Assembly (NCBI GenBank): GCA_016748015.1
Contig: JAAOMT010000525.1
Span: 124,001-188,000, forward strand
From: Geosiphon pyriformis uo1
Taxonomy: Eukaryota > Fungi > Glomeromycota
Reading direction: 5' to 3'
DNA length: 64,000 nt
Shown: in pieces, positions 53,050-64,000 of the stretch
Layout: every line of letters begins with the position of its first letter
Position numbering within the stretch: the first letter of the stretch is position 1
The notes under the pieces: model-generated
What the model saw: only the letters and a program-made list of their open reading frames with translations
Databases searched by the model: none
What the model was told of the DNA's origin: nothing
Program-made: the position numbers and the translations under genes

Positions 53050-56000
53050 CCTAATATATATTTTATTCTATTACAATAAGAACCTTTTTTTGTGTTTGAT
53101 AAATTATTACACATTTGCATCCACCAACATAAAATACCGTAATCAAGGGATGTTCATTTGAAGCATAAATGGTATTTAGGTGATTGATTTATCTGCCTCA
53201 TTTGTCAAATTGAAATGCACAAAATAAAATCAGTGATCTTTTTTGGAAATTTTTAAGAGTGCTGCTGATCCAAAAATTTTTTTTACTAAGGCTTAATACA
53301 AGAAATTCATATTTTTATTATTATATATCAATCAAATTTTGTAATGTGAAAAAATTTTTTTCACAACGTTGTTTATGGATCTGAAATTTGATATTTTCTT
53401 GTACGACTCTGTATTTAACAAATTTGATGAACAAATGTATTTCATATAATAGAATCGGAAAAAATGCTTGTAAGGGGTGAGAGACATGCTTGCAATTGAG
53501 GGGGCAACATACCATAAAATTTTCTCCTTGATTTGCAAATGACCTAATAAAGTTATAACATAATTGACAGTAAAATTTATGCTAAATAATCCCAAGCAAT
53601 GATGTTATTAAAAAATCATGATAAATTGTTAACAGCAAGCAGCAGCAGTGATAGTTAATCAAAAAATTGTCCATCGTTTAAATATGGTCATAAAAATTTA
53701 CTTGTGAGTCATTCAACAAATTATTAGCTAGCTCTGCAAAAATTTTTACTATTATTATTATTATTATTATTATTATTTCAACCTGAATTTTTAATAATAT
53801 TATTAATACAAAAATGATAAAGGTTTTTAAAAATAAAACTGACGGACTAGAACAGTCAGTCATAAAAATGTATAGGGTCAAACAAAAAATTTGATTTTCA
53901 AAGCACTTGTATTTGAAACAATAAATTAATTGATTAAAAATTTGAAAGTTGAAACACTCGAAAATTCTTTCACTATGAAAATTTGTTACAAGTATAAGAT
54001 TAGTGGGGAGGCAATAAATGTTTCAGATTCGAAGCACCAATAATAATAATAAAAATTTTAATTAATATAATTCTAGTAATGTCAGGCCATTATGCCAAAA
54101 AAAACTCTTTGAAGCTTTGATTAAAATAAACTAATGGTAAGTAAGTAAAAAAGAAGTAAGTTTTCATTGCCGCAATATGAAGTTACACAAGACCCATGAA
54201 ATAAGTACATGGGCTGGTGGTGATGGTGGGTAATGGTGGTAATTGTGTTAATGGTGGTGGTATAGATGTGTGTTTCACAATAATGTGCAAATTAAACAGG
54301 CTTGCTGTTATACAAATCGAGAAATTCTAGAAATTTTAATGATATAAACTGTTTATCTTTTATTCCCCTACCTTTTGTGCATGGTTTGAAAAGTGGACTG
54401 CAATTATGAAGCTTTAAAAAGTTTTTTAAAGCGAAATGGCAACCATCTACCTACTTTAGAATAACCTGTATTGGTATATATCGAAATCAGTCAAAAAAAA
54501 AGAGAAACTATCGGAATATATCAAATTAAAAATTTTATACATACCAATTTCAAATCTTATTTTGTGAAAAAAAACGAAATCCATTTTGGGATTGTGTTTT
54601 GTGAACCTTTGCAACACTATAGCTCTTTTAGCCTAGCATTATTAAAAAGTATTCAAAAGTACCACATCAAAAGTTTAATCTCAATTAGCCGATTATTATT
54701 TCTGTGTATGCCTTCTCAAACTTGAATAGAATTATTTTTTTTAAAAAAAAGTTTTTGTTCTTCTCTAAATTGATACATCATTGTTCGAACAATAAACGAC
54801 AACTTGCAGATTTTTCCTTTCTAAATTGGCTATTGTCTTTTTTTTTTAGTTTCAATAGAATGTTGAAAATTTCTTTTATGATGCTAAGATTCAAGGTGAA
54901 ACATTTTCAAAAGTCAAAAGGTATCTTGCATTGAAAAAAAAATTTGCAGACTTTTTTTCCCTTCAATAGCGAACAATTAGCCAAGCCAGCCAGCCACCTA
55001 TTATGAACTTTTTTTTAACTCTTCTAAAAGTTTGAGAAACATGTGTCTTTCTCAAGTTATACCATAAAAATCGAGTAAAAATAACGCCCTTTTGATCCAT
55101 ATAACAGAACTTTATTCTGGTGCAATGAAGATTAGTGGCTTAGAAATTCTTTGAAAAATAAGGTTGCCTCGTGATTGAGAAGCTTATGTACTTACGCCGT
55201 CTTTTGATTTGTTAATCGATAGTTGCATCAAGCCCGGGACCAATTGGAGTAATAGACAAAAGTTCCCGAATTTGCCCTAGTTTTTTTGCTTGTTTTCTAA
55301 TCGAATTGTCTTCTCGTTTAGGTGTTAAATGTAGTATTTTTTTTTAGAGTTCAGATGTTAAAATTATATTCACATTGAAAAGGAAAAATCAGTAAAATAA
55401 GGACGTGGCCAAACTTAAAAAGTTTTACATTTCATAAGAATCAAAATGAAAATCTAAAGCTGAACTGGAACTGGAACTGAAATTTGAATTGGAATTGGAA
55501 CTAAAAATTTGTGAAAATTTAATATTCTAAACTGTAATTTATATTTAGAGTTGAAATTTCTTTTTGACATTCTGAAATTTCTTTTTTCTTTTTTATCCAT
55601 AAAAAATCTTTTTGAGTTCTGAATTTATTGATTTAAAATTATAAGCTGTAAATTTTTTTGAAATTTGTAACTCTCAATGCAATGAAAAAGATAACTTTAA
55701 ATTTAGAGAAAGTGAATTGAAATTTTCAGTCACATAATTCAATAAATAATTAAATAAAATTTTCTGAAAAAACTATTTTTTTAACCAAAAAACTTCATGT
55801 CTAAATTATTGGTTTTAAAACTTCAAATGTCTAATTTTAAAAATAATAAAGTAATTTTTACCAGTCTAAAATTTGAATCATTCAAGAGATATAATAAAAT
55901 TTGTAATAGATTATTATCAATATTTAAGAAAAGATTTTGTTCAAGTTTTGAAAACCTTTTTCTGATCTCAATTCTTTTCGCCCAAAAAAACCCTCCAAAT

Positions 56001-57614
56001 CAAAAAAGAAGAATTTTCTACTGAATATAAATCAATCATTTTTGATCAAAAGTACCTAATTGAATCTCCATATTAATTTTAATCTCCGAATGCATTGGGA
56101 AAATTTTAAAACTTTATAAAACATATTAAAACTTAAAAATATATACTTGAAAGGTTAATAATATTTTGAAATTTTTTAATCAATAATATCATTTAAAATA
56201 TTATGCAAGTAGGAATTAGACTTTTAGTATTCTACCTCTTTTATCAAGAAAAGAGTTCCTTATATTTAAAATTAGAAATACATAATTTAGTAAATCTCTT
56301 TCAATGTAGAAGAAACTGAATGAATTTTAGCACATCAATAATAAGCTGTTCAATATATTAATTTATGTTAGAATTTTACATTTAAAAGCTGAGCCTGCAA
56401 TTGAACAAGTGTTTTACTCACAAGTGGATTGATTCAACAGATTTCTCCTTTTAAATTTTTTGCGTAAATATGACGACGATAAATCGACAAGAAATTCAAG
56501 TTAAAAATAACCAAATGAAAATTAATTCAGTTATTCCACCACCATTACAAGAGATAGAAATAAATGTAACAATCAATCAACATACAATTGATTGATGCAC
56601 TGCCATTTTTTCTAGAAGAGGGTAATTTTCGATTACAGCAACAACAAACCACCACAATTGCGTTAAATACCACCTTTGCCGAGATTGCTGAAAATCTTTT
56701 CTTTAAGGCTATTTTTAAAATTTATATTCTAATTTTTAAAAAAATTCATAAAAATTGATACTTTTAGAAATATATTATTTCTCTTTTCGGTATAAAACTA
56801 ATCATTTTAAGTTAATTCTATCTCTCATATTAATTCAAAACAAATTATATGATGGTTAGAAATATTTCACCTAAAGCAATTTGCTTTCCGGGGCTAACAA
56901 AAAATATATTTTTCTTTATCAAAGACTGCCAATATTCTTTATAATAATTTAAGATTGCTGATGATATCTTTATTTTTCACATGTATCTTGGAAAGTCGAA
57001 ATGTTGGAGGTATGGCGCAGCATCCTTATTATTCCTATATGTTTTTTTCTATCAAAAAATTTAAATTTAAGAATTGTAAATTCAAAGTAGTCTAAGACGT
57101 TAAATCTCATATTAAAAGTCGAATATCTCAATCTTTTTATTTTTGAGATTGGCACTTGTTAAAACTTTGCCTTTATGAAAAAAAAAAATTTTTCAAGACT
57201 TTTTTCCAGTTTTTGATGATTAATATCTAATTAACAAAAAAATTAAAAAATGTAAAAATAGTTTATAAATATTAAATATTAAATATTTAATATAATTTAT
57301 GTTTAATTGGTAAAATTTAAAGATAAATATATTTTTTAAATTTTTAATTATCACAAAAATTACAATAGCTGTTTTTTTATATATTTAATAAAAAAGTTAA
57401 AAATTTGAATTAATAACTAAGTCAATAATTAATGCATTAATTAAATTAACTGAAAAATTAAAAAATAAGGGCTACATTAAATAATATAATAAAAGAGTAT
57501 TAATTACTTAAATATGTTTTAACAATATAATATTTATTTGTTATATAATGCAATATTTAAAAGGTACTGTAAAATAACCAAAAAGAAAAACTGTTTAATT
57601 TTAAAACCTTATTG

Positions 57615-57645
<31 letters not shown>

Positions 57646-58704
57646 CATTTTAAAATTTTAAATCTTGTTACTAATCGAAATTTAAAATCAAAAATAATAT
57701 CAAGATATTTTACTTATTCTTATTATTACACCAAAATTTGTGAATTTAATAAAATTTGATAAAAATAAAAATAAATAATACCATTCGATTTTTTATATAA
57801 AAATTTTGATTTTTGATAATAAAAATAATTTTATTTTTATTTAAAATAAGTACATTTAACTAAAATAAACTTTTGAAGATGTAATATCTTGATTCTTATA
57901 TTATTTAACCAATTTTCTATTTTCGTTCAATTTAATTAACAGTTAAAAAAAAATTGATAGATTTCATATGTTTTAAAACTTCATTAATATATTAATTAAA
58001 AATTACAACTGCCAAAATTAATGAAGATTAAATTAATAAAAAGGAATAATTGTAGCAACAGATATTCTTAAAAGCAAAAAATTTAGCAAAAATTTACTGA
58101 CACAACAAATAAATTCAAGTTAAAAATTACAAGAAGCAAGAAATTTTGAAATTTATACGAAATGTTAATAATTCAAATACTGTCACAGGGATTCAAATAC
58201 CAACATAATAATCGAAACATTAAAACATTGAAATATTAAAATAGATTGGAAAAAAGAAATAATGAGTATATTTTCATAATATAAACATTGATCTCTAAAA
58301 AAATTAGCGAAGGAAACTTCGTCAATGAAACATAATTTTGTGCTGTTCATTTGATTTTTGAACTCAATTTTTCTAAATAATCAAAGACTAAAAGATGAAA
58401 AAATAGATATTTTAAATTAAATGGTGTTTCAAAATTGAAGAATATAACTTATTGATTGAACTTTCTAAATTCTATTAGTATATAAAACAAAAAATATTTT
58501 GAGAATCAATCTTGATTAAGTTGCATTCCAAAGTCGCTTCGAATTTGAAAATCTTCGTTGATTAACATCTTTGAATCTGATAATTTTGCAGCCAATTTTA
58601 AAATAAATATATTTGATTATAAAAATTGAAAGTCTTGTAAGAAAAACATTGATTTAAATTTCCAAGAAAATTGTTAAATTCTTTTGTAAATATTAGCTCA
58701 ACTA

Positions 58705-59712
58705 CACCAAGTGGACAAAAGTCACCAGACACTTTGCGTTTTTATTATTTTGAGGTAACATAAATGATAAAAATAAATACAAAAATTTATTATTGATTAA
58801 AAATAGTAAGGAATGTCCAAATAAAGATATATTTTTAAAGATCTGCACGAAAATTTGCGGGAATTTAATGAATTCTCAAACATCCAAAATTCAAAGAAAA
58901 GAATTGACTGATTTTGAGTGTATAGAAATTATTTCTCTTTCAAAAAAGAATATTTTATATGTAAAATATCAGAAAAACATAATTCTCGCAAATTTAATAT
59001 TCAAGATACACTTTCTCATTACAAACAAACTAATACTATTCAATATGCATCCAGAAGTGGTAGAGCTTTTTTAGTTAATAATAAAACTTCCAAACAATTA
59101 CAAAAAATAGTCAAAAATGCACTAAAAATTACAGCCAAAGAGATAAAAGAAGAATTAATCTTAATTGATTCTAAAATGTCAACAAAAACAATCAGGAGGC
59201 CTTTACATCAAATGGGACTTTATTCTCAAAATGCAGCCAAGAAACCTTCATTAACCAAGATACAACAAGAAAATTGACTTAACTGGTGTATTTTACATTC
59301 TAATTGAATTATAAAAGAATGGAATCAAGTTATTTGGGGTCATTAATCAAGATTTTGTCTCTTTCATGATGGACCTCAAAGAGTATAGAGAAAAGATGGA
59401 GAAAGATTCAATAAGGAAAATTTAATTCCAACTGTAAAGCATAGCAGAGTTAGAATTATGGTATGGGAATGTTTGTGTGAAACTGGATAAGGTCCTTTGA
59501 TTTTAGTGGAAGGCATATTAAATCGGTTTGGATATATTGAGCTTTTAGAAAAAAATTTATTATCATGGATTGAATACATATTTTATCATCGATCTTATTT
59601 TTTTCAGCAAGACAATGCTCCAATCTATACTGCTCAAGATGTAAAAACATGGATGATAGAAAAAAACATCAATAACTCTCCAAATGACAGGCACAATCGC
59701 CCAATTTCAATA
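58705..59712 (+). mobile_element. Tc1-family DNA transposon, 3'-truncated transposase pseudogene
   Basis: TA then TIR-like CACCAAGTGGACAAAAGT. From the ATG at 58868: RKELTDFEC (HTH), RSGR, TIRRPLHQMGL..AAKKPSLT, WNQVIWGH*SRF, PTVKH..IMVW, FQQDNAPIY, and degenerate WPAQSPDLN at ~59685. No PIENLW motif or right TIR. Confidence 0.92.
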
Positions 59713-59945
59713 ATTATGAATTATTATTATGATTTTCAATAAATTTCTCAAAATATTTTAAGTTGCAACTGAAAATACAATTTTTTAATTACGAAATGTT
59801 GCGCATTTTTTTTAAAATATTTTTTTTCATGGAGCTTTAACTTGTTAATTCCATTGTTTTAAGTTACGTGATTTGTCTTGGATTTTCAATTGGATTAAGA
59901 TTTAGACACTGTGCAAATTATAAAAAAATATAAAAGTCAATTATA

Positions 59946-60440
59946 TTACATAAACTTCTTTTTAGAAGCTTTTTTCGCAGAACGTTTATAAAGTTCCCAG
60001 TAAGATGGTCTATTGTTGTTACCATTGTTATTGCCCTTAAATCCTCCTCCTACATTGTTGTTTCCATTATTTTTACCATTCTGGCTGCCAATATTTCCAT
60101 TACCGTTATTGTTTCCGTTTCCTCCGAAAGCACGCTTGTCCCAATCATTACCCAAAGAATTTTTATCCTCCTCACAACGTTTAAAAAGTCCCCAAGATAC
60201 TCTATTGTTGTTACCATTGTTATTGCCGTTAGATGAGCTGAGATTGTTGTTGTCATTGTTATTGCCGTTAAATCCTCTTCCTACATTGTAGTTTCCGTTA
60301 TTGTTACCATTCTAGCTGCCAATTTTACCGTTACCATTATTGTTTCCGTTTCCTCCGAAATAATACGTCTTCTCCCGCGGATCTCCGAGCACCAGGGTGC
60401 TGGCAAACAAAATGCTAAGGCAAATGCTAGTTTTTGACAT
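59946..60440 (-). pseudogene. Secreted Gly/Asn-repeat Kex2-processed repeat precursor (KEP-like), copy C, one premature stop
   Basis: 165-codon frame: MSKTSICLSILFASTLVLG signal peptide, core1 FGGNGNNNGNGKIGS*NGNNNGNYNVGRGFNG...SWGLF-KR, spacer CEEDKNSLGNDWD-KR, core2 AFGGNGNNNGNGNIGSQNGKNNGNNNVGGGFKG...SYWELY-KR, basic tail. The TAG at 60312-60314 aligns with CAG in core2. Confidence 0.88.
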
Positions 60441-61773
60441 TATTAATTCTTTGAGTGTAAAAGATTTAGAATGTTTAATTTTAGAGCTAGAAACTTTTAG
60501 TTTCTGAATTGATTGTAGAAGAAAGAGAAGCTTTTCTTCTTGATGAGATGGGTGAAAATTTAACGGGAAAGCTTTGCTTTTATAAGAAATCGTTATGTTA
60601 GTTTATGATATGTTTTTTTAGAGAAGCAGTTTTGAAAACTGTGGCTTCCTTTCTTCAAAATCCACTTTCGTTAAATTTGACTTTTCATCACTTATTTGGG
60701 TAATTTTGTGAGAACTCATATAATAAGCCCACCTGTTTTTTCTCTAATAATAATAATGGAACAAAATGATTGATTATCTAAAATTTGAGATCCAAAAATA
60801 AAACATCGAAAAAATGGAAATTTCAAATGACTGATAAAAGGTTTTGCGATTATAAAAGTTGGGTTCATTGAAATATTAATTAACTACTATCATCTAATTA
60901 TTATTACACATTTGTGAAAGAGAGAAAAGAACCCAAAAATTTTTCTTTCCAGTTTTATTGATTGATAGATAACAAAATAATTTTTTTAAAAAATAGAGCA
61001 AGAAAATAGTAATACTGAATTAGTCGTTTGTCTTTTTTTGAATTCACATTTTCAATTTGGCGTGTTTTATGTCAATCATTCAAATAAATAATCAACTGCC
61101 TCAGAACCAGTTCTTGAAGCGATGAACGGGCTTGGCGAGATTTACCTTTAACAATATAACGGGGTAGAAAAAGGCGTTATATTTTGTTAATTAAGTAAAA
61201 TAGCATTATGAGAAAGAAATGATTGAACCCTATGATATTTCAAAAAAAATACTTTTTTGAAAGAGTGGTTTGTCAAGCCGTCGTCCGTTTCTACGACGTT
61301 GCTCAGGTTCGGTTCCTACTAATATCACTGATGAGCACGAGACGAGAATTATTAGATGTAAATACAGTGACAATACGTGAGTCATTGCAATGGATATTTA
61401 TGCATATCAACACAGTAAAAAATATTAGTATCTTAGGACTACTTAATGGAGCCTTGACTTTCTCCTCAAGGTCATGCAGGAAATATTGACGTATTGCAAT
61501 GGATCCCTACTTAATTACAAAAACAATTTTGCTGTAAGACATTTACATTGTACAATCAGTTTATGAATATTGTTTAAAAACTAGATCAATTTTAACATTA
61601 ATAAAAAATTGCCTTTATTTCAATAAAATGAGATGCATGCTTCTTCCCAAGTTTATAAATCAGAATAAAAACCGTATCAAAAATTTATTGATCTAAATGC
61701 TAATAAAATTTGAAGAATCTAAGAATCGACCTCTTAAGAATAATGAACCTCAAAAAACATTCAGGAACAACAT

Positions 61774-62600
61774 TTAATCGATTCTATAATCTAAAATGGT
61801 AATAATGTAGAGGACCGGTTTTTTAGATTGAGTTTCTTGGTTACTGGACTGACTGCTTGTTCCAGTAACCAGTCTTGTGATTGTTTTTTCACTGGTTTCT
61901 TTTTCGGATTCTGATTCAGACTTTTCTTCATGATTTTCAAACTCTGCTCCGAATTTTGGTTGAAAATGGGGTTTTTGGAATAGTAATGAATATTCTCCTG
62001 TAATTAGTATATCTCCCCAATTGCATTGTTTAAGCTTTTCAGTATAATTAGGAGTTCTTGACATTTGTGGAGTTGATGTGAATGATGATGCAGCTCCTAA
62101 TGAAAGTTGAATCTTATTATCTGGAGAAAATTGTAAGATCTTTTTTCTGGCAAATGAAGGCGTTGCTTCTTTACTGATTGTGTAACGTTTTTTTGGGTAT
62201 TTAGACGGGTGTTTCTAATTTTTGCTGATTTCTTTGCGATTAATTTCTGAGTTGTGAATGCATTCTTTGGTGTTCTTTGTGAATATTGAGTAATTTTTGT
62301 TGGCATATTGCTCAATTTTGCGATGAATTTGAACAATAGTTGCAGCTACTGCTGTTGTTTCTTTTGTAGTAAATTGAGATAATTCTCTATATAATTGATG
62401 TTTCGCGTTGTGTGATTCTTCTTCCCTTCCTATGTGATAATTTATTCTGGCATTAATGTAATAGGTAAGGGCGTTTTCAGCTGGACAACACTCTTCTGGT
62501 AGTATAAAATTACTTTGATGTTGTAAATAAAAGGCACAGCAGAATTCAAAAACAGTGAGATTAAGAGTTTTTGTTACCACCTTGGTTTTCCTTCTTTTTA
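61774..62600 (-). pseudogene. 5' internal/gag N-terminal region of second Ty3/Gypsy-family element, truncated
   Basis: Lies directly downstream of the LTR and PBS. Frameshifted ORFs 62215-62580 and 61774-62064 have the element's A-rich strand bias. Confidence 0.65.
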
Positions 62601-62642
62601 GCAGTGAATTATTGCTAATTATTAGTTTTCTTTAATTTCTTT

Positions 62643-62660
62643 TCCTCGTAGGGTTCACCA
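62643..62660 (-). promoter_or_regulatory. Primer binding site, tRNA-Trp-like
   Basis: TGGTGAACCCTACGAGGA begins 2 nt after the LTR end. It resembles the complement of eukaryotic tRNA-Trp 3' ends (TGGTGA(A/C)CCCGACG). Confidence 0.7.
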
Positions 62661-62662
62661 AA

Positions 62663-63210
62663 TATTATGGAATAGTTTTCTTGGTATATTTAAATGTTAA
62701 TATCCCGTTTTAATTGCAATCAGTCTCTCATGAGTTTCTCAATTCTATTTGTGTAATAATGTTGATATTTATACTAAAAGCTTTCTTTTGATGTTGTAAT
62801 GTAAGTTATTTCTCAATTCTGATTGTTGTGTATGTTTATATATTCCTTCCCAGAAACTAATCCAAAAATCTATTCACAGTAGTGGAGTCTTCTCTGAGAC
62901 TATTTTTGCAATTGCCTAGAGTGTTTTTCTAATCTAGAAACATAGAATGTTAATGGCTTTTAGTGCTTTTCTTAATTCTCACAATAAAGCTTTTATCAAT
63001 TAATAACAACATAAATAATCTTGATCAGAGATTATTCTTTCAAGAGATTCAGCTAATGAATAATAATTTCATTCAATAAATGACACAAGTAAGTTTTTTA
63101 ACACTCTGAAATAATTCAGTTTTCAATATATTTTTTTATTTCTTTTTGATTAAAGATTTCTTTGGATATTTATTTCAAAAGTAAAGACTAAAAGATAATT
63201 AATGTGGAAA
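62663..63210 (-). repeat. 5' LTR of second Ty3/Gypsy-family element (related to 4039-4582)
   Basis: Colinear similarity to the 3' LTR at 4039-4582. Terminal TAACA has decayed to TAATA. The true left end is not defined. Confidence 0.85.
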
Positions 63211-63276
63211 CTATTGAATAAATTGTTAGATAAATTGTTGAATGACTTGTTGTTTTTCTTAATATTAAAGCTACTA

Positions 63277-63882
63277 CAGAGGGTGTCCAAAAGTGTCCGA
63301 ACAAACTTTGGAGTAACATTCCACATGCTTGAATAATTAGAAAAGCACGAGTTTATTACTAAATTAAGTTAGTTAATTATTTAATTACGAGTTTTTTATT
63401 TTTTAAACACGCGTGTATAATGTTTTTTCGCGACGCGCATAATCGATTTTATTCATACTCGTTTTTTTATAAAAATGAAATGTAACGCGCATATAAGATT
63501 TTTTCGTCGTTTTTATTAAAACGAAATGGGAGTAAAAAAAGAATTAACGATTGCTCAACGTAATACTATATGCTTATTACAACAGCATGGCAAGAAATAT
63601 CGTGATATTGCCAACATAGTCAATCGCAGCTTGACAACAGTTTCGGATACAATAAAACGATTTAAAGAAACTGGTTAAATTGATTCAAGACCTCTTTCAG
63701 GACGTCCACGTTTATTTACTCACCAAAAATATCGCCGACTTAAACGTTTAGTAACACTTAATGGAAAAATTTAGAAAATTACTATAAAATTATAAATATG
63801 TTGTTTATTTTGTTTTATTTTATAAAAAAATAAATATTATTGTTAAATAAAATCTTGTTCGGAAACTTTTGGACACCCTCTG
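63277..63882 (+). mobile_element. Non-autonomous Tc1/mariner element (606 bp) with 28-bp TIRs and TA target duplication
   Basis: TA|CAGAGGGTGTCCAAAAGTGTCCGAACAA ... TTGTTCGGAAACTTTTGGACACCCTCTG|TA (one mismatch). Internal ORF from 63526: MGVKKELTIAQRN...YRDIANIVNRSLTTVSDTIKRFKETG*IDSRPLSGRPR (HTH + GRPR), with no catalytic domain. Confidence 0.96.
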
Positions 63883-64000
63883 TATATATATATATGTTTG
63901 CAGCTCTATGAAAAAACACATTGTAATACTTTCTTTTTGATATCTCAACCTGATGTTTGCTGTTATTACCAGTTGGTATTGGCCACTATTATGAGATGGT

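Noticed and set aside
53100-57160. Possible gene remnants (53321-53881, 56470-56720, 56970-57155)
   Set aside because: Slightly coding-like, but no recognisable motif or consistent exon structure.
61328-61350. Hammerhead ribozyme core CTGATGAG
   Set aside because: No stem II closing into CGAAA and no flanking stems found.
4039-63210. Single giant element bounded by the two LTR copies
   Set aside because: The copies are inverted and clearly diverged, and each has its own internal sequence. They are independent insertions.

Overview
AT-rich, intron-containing eukaryotic (fungal) genomic DNA. The short GT-AG introns, gene set and TE-rich, gene-sparse layout suggest Glomeromycotina/Mucoromycota (inference, not verified). 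Conserved genes I could reconstruct: a 6-exon DDT/WHIM chromatin-remodelling subunit (8571-10469 +), TFIIB/SUA7 (11442-12431 -), a 6-exon complex I 17.8 kDa-type accessory subunit with an 18-nt micro-exon (14032-15057 +) and a DH-only RhoGEF (48594-49934 -). Mobile DNA: two inverted, related Ty3/Gypsy LTR element remnants at the window ends (one lacks RT, one retains a tRNA-Trp-like PBS), a near full-length decayed LINE with RNase H (32.8-39.4 kb), a second LINE-like relic and three Tc1/mariner relics. The most interesting content is largely absent from the ORF track: a set of small secreted-peptide precursor genes. These are three paralogous Gly/Asn-repeat precursors with Kex2-type KR sites (one enclosed by ~347-bp inverted repeats), a two-exon follistatin-N-like cysteine peptide and an Arg-rich alpha-hairpinin-like precursor pseudogene. 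There is also a structured putative 3'-UTR intron in TFIIB with two alternative donors. All exon coordinates were derived by hand.
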